Shown: one piece after another, positions 1 to 11,710 of the stretch
How positions within the stretch are numbered: the stretch's first letter is position 1
How the letters are laid out: each line of letters starts with the position of its first letter
NCBI GenBank assembly: GCA_964016885.1
Contig: OZ024741.1
Span: 275,652,001 to 275,716,000, forward strand
DNA: 64,000 bases
Direction of reading: 5' to 3'
DNA from: Eledone cirrhosa
Taxonomy: Eukaryota
Program-made: the position numbers and the translations under genes
The notes under the pieces: model-generated
Told to the model about the DNA's origin: nothing
Seen by the model: only the letters and a program-made list of their open reading frames with translations
Database searches by the model: none

Positions 1-18
1 TATATGTGTATATATATG

Positions 19-101
<83 letters not shown>

Positions 102-109
<8 letters not shown>

Positions 110-635
110 AAAAGGTAACACACTAGAGAGAGATAGTGAGCCATCAATAAAACAGGGAAAAACCACCAGTCTATGGAATCTATAACCTATGAAAGGCAGG
201 GTAGACACACAATAATTAAAAATATAAATTAAAGTGTATATACATACCTCTATAACTATATAACACACGTACAAATCCAAAGAGATCTGTTTCGCCAATA
301 AGTTGTTGACAGAAATGAAATAGCCCATGGTTCATCAGCGTGTGTAAGGCTATACATTTCAGACAACTCTAAGAGAATTTAAAGCGACTGTCCAGTTACA
401 CGTGGGAGAGAGAAGTCACAGCGTGTTTAGGGCAGTGAACCAGTCAACAAATTATTGGTGAAACAGATCTCTTTGGATTGTGTTATATAGTTATAGAGGT
501 ATGTATTTACACTTTAATTTATATTTTTAATTATCGTGTGCCTTCCATAGGTTATAGATTCCATACACTGGTGGTTTTTCCCTGTTTTATTGATGGCGCA
601 CTATCTCTCTCTAGTGTGTTACCTTTTCAACATAT
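102..635. repeat. imperfect inverted repeat, arms ~102-310 and 443-635
   Basis: arms are reverse complements with scattered substitutions/indels; abuts (TA)n. Confidence 0.9.
277..342 (-). ncRNA. degenerate type I hammerhead-like motif
   Basis: CTGATGA-ACCA...TTGGC-GAAA-CAGATCTC-TT; stem I pairs poorly. Confidence 0.35.
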
Positions 636-990
636 TGTATTTTAAAGAGCTCAGGATTCCTTCTCCTTTGAGCACATTATTGACAGGGAATAGCGAGAGT
701 CTTTGGCTCCGTTAATTTATCGTGATATATATATATCTTCTAGCATTTTAAGGGGTTCGTCGAGCTGCGGATTACAGAGTCGGGTAAGATCGATACAGAT
801 CGAACCTTGAGCTGATCAGTGGCGAAATGTGTGTCACCAACCAATAAATGTAATGAAGGAGTAACCAATCGTCCTTGTTATCTTTTCAATATAATACACT
901 CTGTATAGCTCTACACCCCGACACAGAAGTGAACCTAAACATCGAGTCCTCACCCGGGTGAACCTACAGTAACTCCAAGCTACACTCCCT

Positions 991-1044
<54 letters not shown>

Positions 1045-1051
1045 TTATATG

Positions 1052-1215
1052 TAAATGTGGTTGGTGTTAGGAAGGGCATCCAGCTGTAGAAAACCCGCCA
1101 GACAGTCCTACGCGAGCAAGACAATCACTCTTGCCTCAAGTGGGAAAACTCCCGTCCAAACCCATGCAAGCGTGGAACACGGACGTTAAACGATGATGAT
1201 GATGATGATGATGAT
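1052..1215 (+). mobile_element. RTE LINE 3' end with (GAT)n tail
   Basis: ggaagggcatccagc...acccatgcaagcgtggaa...cgttaaac(GAT)n, shared with the RTE at 11711-15428. Confidence 0.85.
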
Positions 1216-1224
1216 ATATATATA

Positions 1225-1855
1225 TCATCATCATCATCATCATCACCGTTTTATGTCCGTTCTTCCACGCTAGCATGGGTTAGATGGGTTGTCCTGTTGT
1301 GGGCAGTGTCTGGTCGGCTGACCATGCCTTGCTCATACAGGAACTGATTTGGCTTGATTTCTACAGCTGGATGCCCTTCCTAACACCAACCTCATTTACA
1401 GTGAGTGCTGGGTGCTTTTTCGTGGTGCCTACACGTCCACTTTACAGTGTGGGTTGGGTGCTTTTTTGCCGTGGCACCTCCACGACCACCTTGCAGTGGG
1501 GGGTGTGGGGGCATATTGTCTATATGCTTCAGCTTGTACCCATGGGAGGTTGGGTACTCTGTATTACTGCGTGACGCCAGAGGTCACGGTCGTGTGTCAT
1601 CGCCTTTGAGAGGTGTAATTGGGTAAGGTCGGCTTTTACCACCTCATCCCAGGTCATCTTGGGTCTCCCCACTCCGTGGTTTCCATCGACTTCTAGTGTT
1701 CTGCACCTTTTTATGCAGCTGTCATCCTTCATACGCATCACATGTCCATACCAACGCAACCGCCTCTCCTGCACACAGCATTTGATTCCTCTTATGCTCA
1801 GTCTCTCTCACAATTCATTTATGCTTTGTCGTTCGCATATATTACTATTACACAT

Positions 1856-1858
<3 letters not shown>
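1225..1858 (-). mobile_element. 5'-truncated RTE LINE
   Basis: [12 protein letters not shown]...[12 protein letters not shown]-terminus plus 3' UTR and (GAT)n tail. Confidence 0.88.
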
Positions 1859-1941
<83 letters not shown>

Positions 1942-1976
1942 ATATATATATTTATATATATTTATATATATATATG

Positions 1977-2042
<66 letters not shown>

Positions 2043-2177
2043 AAAGTTTTATTTAAAATTGTTGGGTTACAACAAGTAAATATTTTATAACCGATATAAA
2101 GCACTCGACAAGTTTTTGGAGTAGATATACGATATTAAACAAATGGAAACTATATTTATAAAACCATATTTATTTCA

Positions 2178-2232
2178 TTATACATATTTCAGGGATACCA
2201 TATTAAAAATATGGCATGCCTTCGTCAGATAA
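2178..2232 (-). ncRNA. type I hammerhead motif (mirror copy in palindrome arm)
   Basis: reverse complement of 2377-2431. Confidence 0.6.
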
Positions 2233-2376
2233 AATACAATATATAAACAGTTTTATAAATAATTTTGACGTACCATAAATATAAGCGACCATTAAGATAG
2301 CCAGCCTCCTATCTTAATGGTCGCTTATATTTATGGTACGTCAAAATTATTTATAAAACTGTTTATATATTGTATT

Positions 2377-2431
2377 TTATCTGACGAAGGCATGCCATAT
2401 TTTTAATATGGTATCCCTGAAATATGTATAA
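2377..2431 (+). ncRNA. type I hammerhead motif, probable extra U before the core
   Basis: TTA-T-CTGACGA-AGGCATGCCATAT-TTTTA-ATATGGTATCCCT-GAAA-TATGTA-TAA, AATAAA just downstream. Confidence 0.6.
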
Positions 2432-3205
2432 TGAAATAAATATGGTTTTATAAATATAGTTTCCATTTGTTTAATATCGTATATATATATATATGTATAA
2501 GATTAAAATACTTGAGTGCGTTGGAGTTAATATGTCATATTATTTTTATGTAATTGATTTATAAATATATGTCCGATATTGAGGTACTGTTTTTGTAATA
2601 TTTTATGAATTTGAACTGCCTATAACTCTGTATATTTATTGTCAATATTATATATATTTATATATATTTTTTCACCATACTTTATTTTTATATGATATTT
2701 TTTCTTACCCTGTGAAAAACTTTATATACAATTTGTTGACATTAAATGATACGTATGATGTAGTTTTATATATTTTTTAATGTCAGTATATTATTCCATT
2801 GTTTTTGGTATTGTTTATGCACACCGTCAGGGTGATTATTCTATTATAATGATTATTATATTATAACGAGTATATTTATATTTAAATATTTAAATAAGTG
2901 TTAGTATGTGTTTGTGTAAATGTGTATATATATGGATATATATATATATTAAGCTTTTTATTTCTTATTATCCATTATATTGTATTCTATATCATATTAT
3001 AATTCTCACATTGTATTACCATGTTGTGTTTCCTGTATTTGTCTTATACTGTACTTTCAACGCCCTATAGTCTATATTTGCAAATGCACACTTTTAGCTT
3101 TAGCATATCTTTCCATGATGTCTTTCCTAAGTTTTCATAGATATAAATTCCCTGTTCTTCTGAGTTTTGGATTGTTCTGGCCGTTAATACTTCTTGTCTC
3201 TTTCC

Positions 3206-3250
3206 TTGCTCTGATGAGTCCCTATTAATGGGACGGAACACTGTCAGCTA
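3206..3250 (+). ncRNA. type I hammerhead motif with a core mutation
   Basis: GCT-CTGATGA-GTCCC-TATTAAT-GGGAC-GGAA-C-ACT-G-TC-AGC then AATAAA; GAAA reads GGAA. Confidence 0.7.
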
Positions 3251-3465
3251 ATAAAGACTTTTGATGTATTGAAGGCTTCTTTGTTTATTTTTTATAATTT
3301 TTATAAATATATATGTATACATATATCTTTATATATGGATGTAGATGCTACACAGTAATTTATATATTTATCAACATTCCAAAGGTCCAGCAACATAATC
3401 ACAGTCACCTGCTCAAACTATTACTAAGTTTTACAGGATTAAGATAAATGAAACAGAATACTTAC

Positions 3466-3614
3466 TTAAAAGGGCCAAGACTTTCACAGCACTAGGGACC
3501 CACCAGGTACATTTGGATGGATGTGGTAGATCATTCAGTTTGGGAGGAAATATCTTCCAAGAAATAAAGTTGTTGATTTTAGAGAGGATTGCCTTGAACT
3601 GTGTTGGTTCTAGC
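3466..3614 (-). CDS. HECTD2: HECTD2-like E3 ligase internal exon (LEPTQFKAILSKINNFISWKIFPPKLNDLPHPSKCTWWVPSAVKVLALL)
   Basis: ctatgtccag acceptor and gtaagt donor; 149 nt, completes the GA|G codon of the previous exon; peptide resembles HECTD2 ...FISLRLFPAKPEEFPPITKCSWWIPSAAKVLALL (recalled, not searched). Confidence 0.92.
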
Positions 3615-4029
3615 CTGGACATAGAATAGAAGAGAATTAGACACACATAGACACACACACACACATACACACTCACTTACACACACACACACACACATTC
3701 ACACATACACACATATACATACATACACATATGTATATATATTTATGTGTGTGTGTGTTTATATATGTATACATATATATATATATATACACACACATAT
3801 ATATAAATATATATTTTATCCTTCTATGTTGTTTACTTGTCCCCCTCGCTTTACGCGAATTACTGGTCCCAATAACTTTTTTTAGTTATTGCTCGCACCA
3901 ACCTGAGGTATAAGATTTTTAATGCGATGAAATACCAATGATGGTTGGAAAATCACTGACGAAGGACTATTTTTATCATATGTAACCCATGTGCAACCAC
4001 GCAGTATTCTTCTTTCTTCTCATGTTTTT

Positions 4030-4087
<58 letters not shown>

Positions 4088-4169
4088 CTATAGTGTAACT
4101 CATGCTAGCGTGGAAAGTGGACGTTAAACGAAGATGATGATGTATATATGTATGTGTGTATATATAAGA

Positions 4170-4630
4170 TGAGCTACTGGGAGAGGCTAAAAGAACTGAA
4201 ACTCTACTCTTTGGAACAAAGATGGGAGAGATAAGCAGTGATATACACATGGAACATCCTGGAGGGACTAGCACCAAACTTTGGCATTGGGAGCTAGACC
4301 AACCCCCAAACAGTACGTCACTGTGTGGTGCCAAAGGTCCCGTCTTCCACATCTAGAGTAAGGAGCAGATATCGCAATAGCCTGGGGTTCAAAGGCCCTC
4401 AACTCTTCAACAAGCTGCCAAGAAATTTGAGAAATCTGCATGGTTGTTTTCAAGAAACATCTTGACACTCATGCCCACAGCATGGTACGAAGGTAACCTA
4501 AGGGCAGCAGCAACCAACTCTCTATTACACCAATGGCCAGCCAGCATAGGGTGGAGATTGAACGTGTAGCGACATGGGTGGTGCCCCAGCATGGCCTCAG
4601 CCAGATGGCTGGAACAGGTAAAAGAGATAA
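4170..4630 (+). mobile_element. decayed CR1/Jockey-like LINE 3' fragment
   Basis: YWERLKELKLYSLEQR and PQLFNKLPRNLRN motifs with stops. Confidence 0.6.
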
Positions 4631-4719
4631 AAGATATATATATATACCCTTGCAAGCAAGGATAAGCGGACGTAAAATGATGATGATGATGATATGTATA
4701 TATATATATATATATATAC

Positions 4720-5093
4720 ATCATCATCATCATCATCATCACCGTTTTACGTACGTTCTTCCACGCTATCATGGGTTAGACGGGTTGTCCTGTTGTGGGC
4801 AGTGTCTGGTCGGCTGACCATGCCTTGCTCATACAGGAACTGATTTGGCTTGATTTCTACAGCTGGATGCCCTTCCTAACACCAACCTCATTTACAGTGA
4901 GTGCTGGGTGCTTTTTCGTGGCGCCTACACGTCCACTTTACAGTGTGGGCTGGGTGCTTTTTTGCCGTGGCACTCTACGACCACCTTGCGGTGGTGGGTG
5001 TGGGGGCATATTGTCTATATGCTTCAGCTTGTACCCATGGGAGATCGGGTACTCTGTATTACTGCGTGACGCCAGAGGTCATGGTCGTGTGTC
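4720..5093 (-). mobile_element. RTE 3' end
   Basis: near-identical to 1225-1598. Confidence 0.85.
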
Positions 5094-5189
5094 ATATGTA
5101 TATGTATATATATGTATATATATATGTATATATATGTATACATGTATATATATGTGTATATGTATATATATATATATATATGTGTATAT

Positions 5190-5690
5190 GGGCGGAGTGC
5201 CACAGCTTGAGATCGGTGTGGAAGTCGGACCTTCGTAAAGACCTGAAAATCCGCCTCTTCATTGCTGTAGTGGAGTCTGTGCTGCTGTACGGGTCTGAGA
5301 CTTGGAAACTGACCAAGAAACTCACTCAGATGGTGGATGGGTGCTACACAAGAATGCTGAGGTTGGCTCTGAACATTAATCAGTATACACTGAGGATGAA
5401 AAACTCAAAGCTGTATGTGAGCCTCCCAAAAGTCAACTCAAAATTGACACAGAGGAGACTGAGGTAAGCTGGATATGCTCACCGGCATTCAGAGTTGACA
5501 TTGCACTCTGTGCTCCTGTGGGAGCCCCTACATGGACACACTGGAAGAGGAAGACCAAGGTTAACGTATGTTGATGCCCTAAGGACAGACACTGGTCTGT
5601 TGGAGACGCAGGACATGGCAGCGATAATGAGGGACAGAGACCGCTGGAGAGAACTCGTCCATGGATCTCGGGAATTTTACTCGCCCTACA
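5190..5690 (+). mobile_element. RTE/RTEX-clade LINE 3' ORF fragment
   Basis: KIRLFIAVVESVLLYGSETW...[11 protein letters not shown]...DRDRWRELV; inserted in (TA)n. Confidence 0.8.
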
Positions 5691-5844
5691 ATATATATGT
5701 ATATATATATATGTATATATATGTATGTATATATTTATATATATATGTGTATATATATATATATATATATGTGTATATATGTATGTATATATGTGTATAT
5801 ATGTATATGTATGTATATATGTATGTATATATGTTTATGTATAT

Positions 5845-7041
5845 ATCATCATCATCATCATCGTTTAACGTCTGTGTTCCACGCTTGCATGGGTTTGGAC
5901 GGGAGTTTTCCCACTTGAGGCAAGAGTGATTGTCTTGCTCGCGTAGGATTGTCTGGCGGGTTTTCTACAGCTGGATGCCCTTCCTAACACCAACCACATT
6001 TACAGTGTGGGGCTGGGAGGTTTTTACCGTGTTGCCTACATGGCCACATTACAGCGTGGACTGTGTGTTTTTTTGTCGTGACACCTACACGATCTCATTT
6101 GTTTCGGCCTGGATGTTGTGGCACCAACATAACTTTACATTGAAAGGGGCGGTGTGGATGGGGTGGTGGGACGGGGGTGTATTTTGTTAGAGATGCCTAC
6201 TGGCTGTAGTAGGTTTTACTTTGTATTTAGGTAAGGCGGGTCTTCTCTATTACTGAGTACCGCCAAAGGTCTTGGTCCACTGACATTGTCTTGGAGAGGT
6301 GTAAGTGTGTGAGGTCGGAATTTATCAGCTCGTCCCAGGTTTTTCTGGGTCTGCCTACTCCGTGGCTACCGTCTATCTTTATTGCCCTGCACTTTGTTAT
6401 ACATCTGTCGTCTTTCATGCGCATCACGTGACCATACCAACGTAGCCTTCTCTCGAGTAAACAACATCTGATCCCTCTTATTTCTAATTTTTTCCTTAGT
6501 TCGTTTATGCTTTGCCGTTCACGTATATTACTATTACACATCCAGTGGAGCATGCAAGCTTCGTTCCTCTCTAGTCTGCGTATATCCTCTGCACACAATG
6601 CCCAGGTCTCACTGCCATGCAACATTGCTGTTCGTATGCAGGCATCATACAACCTGCCTTTCATTTTTAGGGAGAACCCTTTAGCGGCTAATAGTGGTAT
6701 AAGCTCTCTGAACTTTTTCCATCCAGTTCTGACTCTAGCTACTGTACTTTCAGAGCACCCTCCCCCGCTGCTGATTTTGTCACCCAGGTAACGGAAGCTG
6801 TCCACTATTTCTATAGAACCCTCTGCGCAATTGAAAGAGCTAGTATTTTGTGGGCACTTGCTGCTACTTATTGCACCAGAGCACCGGCCACATGTAAAAT
6901 CTATGTTCTTAGTTAGCTTACCTGTGATCCCACTACATCTTTTATGCACCCATACTTTGCATTTGGGACATAAAATGGAGTTTCTACCTACGCCTTTCCT
7001 ACACACTGAGCATGGCCATTTTCCGGAAGGGACCGGCGCCT
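5845..7041 (-). mobile_element. 5'-truncated RTE LINE
   Basis: 259-aa ORF with Cys-rich insert, FRYLG, LHGSETW, LRWYGHV; closely similar to 11711-12905. Confidence 0.92.
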
Positions 7042-7074
<33 letters not shown>

Positions 7075-8386
7075 TATAATATAATTGTTTCTACTTTTGG
7101 CACAAGGCCAGCAATTATCTTAGTGCATTACTGGTACTTTATTATAATATAATATAATATATATATATATTTGTTTTTGTATTATAAAATGTTGACTAAC
7201 TGTGGCTGTGTTTGCAACACTCCAATCACTAAATAATGATGTAATTAGGATCAAGCACTCAACATCGTATATATCAGTCTAAATCCAATGTGTCAGTCCA
7301 TGACAGAGTATGCATACAATAATGATATTCATAACTTATTTTGTTACATAACTTTCTATAATACATATTTCTGTGGTGTCATCAATTATGTAATGCTGCC
7401 ATCACACTATCACCAACACAACATCCTCATACAGCATCTTAGGTAATATATTTATTATGTAGTATATTTCTAATGCAATGCAGGTGTTTGATAACTGTGT
7501 GTAAGGGTGGGTGGGTGGTGGTACAGACTTGTATTTGATGTTTCTCTTACAAAAGTCTGTGCCTATATGGTGGTACTATGACTGATGATGGCTGACTGTT
7601 AGTTTGTTGCCATTTATGGTCAGTTTTCGATTTTGTCATTTGGTCCTGGTCAAGTTGTATTGTCTTGATTCATCATCATCATCATCATCACCAATTAACT
7701 CCCATTTTTCCACACTAACATGGGTTAGACGAGTTGTCGTGTTATGAGAAATGCCAGGTCAGATGACCATGTTTTGCTCATACAGAACTGGTTTTGGTTT
7801 GGTTTCTACAGCTGGATGCCCTTCCTATATATTTTGGTGGTCAGAGTAAATCAGCCATTGAGCTTTGTTCCATCTCAATGAATTATAACAGAATAAAGGA
7901 TCTGACTAGATCCTTTACAGTATCTGATCCAGCTGTGTTCCTGGACAGGGCAAGGTGCTGTGTTGTGTTCTTGAGCAAAAAACTTTATTTCATGTTGCTC
8001 CAGTACACGCAGCTGAGAGTGAGTATCAGCAGTAGCTGGGAAGTTAATCCTGAGATAGACCAGCATCCTGTCCAGGGAGAGTTTTGTACTCTCAGTTTCC
8101 TAACGCCAATGAAATTGGGGATAAGCACCGACCTGATAAGTTTTCAGCTTAGAACAGTCTTTAACTTAACTAACTTCTGTGCAAACCCTGCCTCCTATCA
8201 TCAGCAAGGCAGTGACACTACCTCTTCCTCAGCAGGTTGACCTCACATGGGATGTATTTGGCCTAATATAGTGACCCTAGACATTCTCAAATACCAATGT
8301 TCCTGACATTTTTTACTCTGCTGTAAGTGGACATAACAATTAGAAGAAAAGTTACTCAAATTATTTCAGGTTTACTAAGTACTTAC

Positions 8387-8496
8387 TCTTTGATCCAGTG
8401 CACCAAATAATGGTGATCTTGATCAGATAAGGCAGCAATTTGGCGCAGAAGATGGGCAAATATCCCCATTGTGGTGCTGGACTCAAATAAGGGATT
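8387..8496 (-). CDS. HECTD2: HECTD2-like exon (NPLFESSTTMGIFAHLLRQIAALSDQDHHYLVHWIK)
   Basis: tttttaacag acceptor, gtaagt donor, 110 nt; resembles HECTD2 NPQFNNTSTYVIYAHLLRQIATLVEADHHFLVHWFK; this frame is not in the supplied ORF track. Confidence 0.92.
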
Positions 8497-8895
8497 CTGT
8501 TAAAAATATATATGAAGGAAATAAAATGAAAAGGGGGTAAGACAGAGAGTGTTTGATAGAGAGAGAAGATAATAGAGTATGACAGAGTGTGAGAGAGTGT
8601 GAGAGAGAGAGAGAACATAATAGAGTGTGATAGAGTATGACAGAGTGTGATAGAGCGTGAGAGAGAGAGAACATAATAGAGTGTGAGAGAGTGTGAGAGA
8701 GAGAGAGAAAATAATAGAGTGTGATAGAATGTGAGAGAGTGTGAGAGAGTGTGTGAGAGTGTGAGAGAGTGAGAGAACATAATAGAGTGTGATAGAGTGT
8801 GAGAGAGAGAGAGAACATAATAGAGTATGACAGAGTGTGAGAGAGTGTGAGAGAGTGAAAGGGTTGGGTAGATACACAAATATTGATGTATTCAC

Positions 8896-8941
8896 CTGGA
8901 GGAGGACAAAATAAGCCTTTAGATCATCAATGGTGTAGAGT
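8896..8941 (-). CDS. HECTD2: HECTD2-like 46-nt exon (LYTIDDLKAYFVLLQ)
   Basis: ctactccag acceptor, gtgaat donor; resembles HECTD2 TKDDLRAYFILLQ; phases fit both neighbours. Confidence 0.9.
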
Positions 8942-9139
8942 CTGGAGTAGAATACAAAATAATACAGATTAAATATACACTACTGTTATGTCTTTCTATT
9001 TTCTAAAGGTTGTAATTTTAAAAAAATATTTACTTCAGCATCTACAGATTGATATTTCTCAGTTTCAGATGATCCTGCTTAGAGTGAAAGCAGAAATGTT
9101 TGCTTAAACGTTTAATCTTTACTACTAATAATAAAAATA

Positions 9140-9193
<54 letters not shown>

Positions 9194-9211
9194 GTGTGTA
9201 TATATATATAA

Positions 9212-9503
9212 TCATCATCATCGCCGTTTTACATCCGTTCTTCCACGCTAGCATGGGTTAGACGGGTTGTCCTGTTGTGGGCAGTGTCCGGTCGGCTGAC
9301 CATGCCTTACTCATACGGGAACTGATTCTGGCTTGATTTCGACAGCTGGATGCCCTTCCTAACACCAACCTCATTTACAGTGAGTGCTGGGTGCTTTTTT
9401 CCGTGGCACCTACATGTCCACTTTACAGTGTGGGCTGGGTGCTTTTTTGCCGTGGCTCCTCCACGACCACTTTGCAGTGGGAGGGTGTGGGGGCATATTG
9501 TCT
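9212..9503 (-). mobile_element. RTE 3' end
   Basis: same 3' UTR family as 1225 and 4720. Confidence 0.8.
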
Positions 9504-9518
9504 ATATATATATATAAT

Positions 9519-9925
9519 GGAGGCACATGGCTTAGTGGTTAGAGCATTGGGCTTGCAATCGAAAGGTTGTGAGTTCAATTCTCAGACCGGGTGATGTGTT
9601 GTTTCCTTGAGCAAGACACTTTATTTCACATTGCTCCAGTTTACTCAGCTGTAGAAATGAGATGATAGGGAGTGGGGCCCATATCATTCCACTACAAAGT
9701 GGTCGTGGAGGTGCCATGGCAAAAAAGCACCCAGCACTCGGTGTAAATGAGGTTGGTGTTAGGAAGGGCATCCAGCTGTAGAAATCAAGCCAGAATCAGT
9801 TCCAGTATGAGCAAGATAAGATCAACCAACTGGACACTGCCCACAACAGGACAACCTGTCTAACCCATGCTAGCGTGGAAGAACGGATGTAAAACGGTGA
9901 TGATGATGATGATGATGATGATGAT
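9519..9925 (+). mobile_element. tRNA-derived SINE with RTE-like tail (family A)
   Basis: A box TGGCTTAGTGG, B box GAGTTCAATTC, central CCTTGAGCAAGACACTT, 3' end shared with RTE and (GAT)n. Confidence 0.85.
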
Positions 9926-10028
9926 ATATATAATATATATAATATATATAATATATATAATATATATATCATCATCATCATCATCATCATCATTTCACGT
10001 CCGCTTTTCCCTGCTTTATATATTATAT

Positions 10029-10781
10029 ACTAGCAGAATGGCCCAGCGTTGCTCGGGATTCTAAACATAGATTGGCATGTTTCTGAAACAGCTTTGTTTG
10101 TATGTTCACCAATTGATGCAGAAGTCCTAATAAAAAGTGAAGTCGCCTTGGCTGAATAGGTAAATAATTTTCCATTAAGATTTTTCAAAAGCATGTAATT
10201 GCGTTCCCTCTCTTTTTTGTTGTTGTTTTTGCTGCTGTCGAGCCTCATGAAATAAATACGTTTGTTTATATTTTGTTATTGTGTATGCAAAAATATCTGT
10301 ACACGAATATATAATTATATATATATATATTAAAATAACAGATTAAAGTTTAAGTGAAGAATCGCTGCTTTCACCCTTAACGGGATCTTCTGAAACTAAA
10401 AAAATTAATCTGTGAACGCAGAAGTAAATATTTCGAAAAACGTTACACACTATATATACATATATACACACACACAGAGATAGTGTCATAATGTCGTAAT
10501 GCAGACAGCCAGACATACAGACAGATATTATAAGGGCGCGACATTATATCTATGTATCTATCTAAAAAGACAGACTAAGAAAGATAGAGAGAGATCGTTA
10601 CCGGCGCCTAATGCGGTCCCTAGTGCATTGAAAATTCGAAATACTTTTTGCTCAAAACACTCACACGACCATAAGTATTACATGTATAAAGTTTGAAAAA
10701 GATCAGTAGGGTGGTTTTCGAGTTTTAGGGAGTCAGACAGACAGACAGATAGACAGACATTCTCTGTTTTAGATATATAGA
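10029..10781 (+). mobile_element. Helentron-associated (DINE/HINE-like) non-autonomous element
   Basis: 5' ACTAGCAGAATGGCCCAGCGTTGCTCGGG, 3' (GACA)n then TTTTAGATATATAGA; second similar element ~54038-54645. Confidence 0.55.
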
Positions 10782-10839
10782 TAATATATATAATATATAT
10801 ATATATATATAATTTGGAAACTCTGCTTTGAAGAATCAA

Positions 10840-10934
10840 GGCATATCTGAGGACTTTGCGATTTCAGAGTCAGGTTCGATCATTGCATCGATCGTGCCTC
10901 AAGCTGGTCGCCAGAGAAACAATTGTAATATGTC
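10840..10934 (+). ncRNA. type I hammerhead with extended stem II
   Basis: GGCATAT-CTGAGGA-(62 nt)-GAAA-CAATTG-TA-ATATGTC; 7-bp stem I, GUA triplet, AATAAA at 10936. Confidence 0.7.
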
Positions 10935-11450
10935 TAATAAATTTTAATTTGTCGCACCACTGATTCTCCGTTTCTTATGTGATATATATATATACATAGC
11001 AATATATATATATATATATATATATATATTGAACTGTTTTAGCTCCACATTTGAAAAGAGGGTGTAGCCCTGAAATATCATGTTGAAACACTGGGTAAAA
11101 CATTACTTTGTTTTGTTTTTGTTTTATTTGTCATCATTTGTCTTTTGTGTGTTTTTCTTCCACATTGTACCAGCTTTTTGAAACTTATCAGTCTTTTATT
11201 ACATATCTCATACTGCTTCGTACTAACTACACTGCATATATATATGTATACATATATCATCATCATCATCATCGTTTAACATCTATCTTCCACGCTAGCA
11301 TGGGTTGGACGGGAATTGTCCCAATTGAGGCAAGATTGGTCAGGTGACCGTGTCTTGCTCATATAGAACTGTATTTGGCAGGTTTTTCTACATATTTACA
11401 GTGTGGACTGGGTGCTTTTTGTCGTGAAACCTACACAACCACTTTTGTTG

Positions 11451-11498
<48 letters not shown>

Positions 11499-11710
11499 CA
11501 CATACTAACTACACTGCATATATATATATATACATATATCATCATCATCATCATCATCGTTTAACGTCTATCTTCCACGCTATATATATATATATATTGG
11601 GACTACCCCCGTCCAAACCCATGCAAGCGTGGAACACGGACGTTAAACGATGATGATGATGATGATGATGATATATGTGTGTGTGTGTGTGTGTGCATGT
11701 GTGTGTGTGT

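Larger units (their letters stand above)
2125..2484. repeat. 176-bp-arm palindrome with 8-nt spacer
   Basis: 2125-2300 is the reverse complement of 2309-2484; spacer CCAGCCTC; each arm carries a hammerhead motif. Confidence 0.92.

Noticed and set aside
820-850. CGAAATGTGTGTC followed by AATAAA, resembling a CpG-decayed hammerhead 3' half
   Set aside because: No CUGANGA half or stem I partner found
3895-3975. CTGAGGT...GAAA and CTGACGA motifs
   Set aside because: Core incomplete in both; no consistent stems II/III
9519-9590. tRNA gene
   Set aside because: tRNA-like head continues into a SINE body with several dispersed copies; acceptor stem not closed
10030-10155. Apparent minus-strand exon (PRRLHFLLGLLHQLV...) with a good acceptor
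   Set aside because: Lies inside a HINE-like element, runs into a stop, and the HECTD2 segment expected here is supplied by 16675-16736
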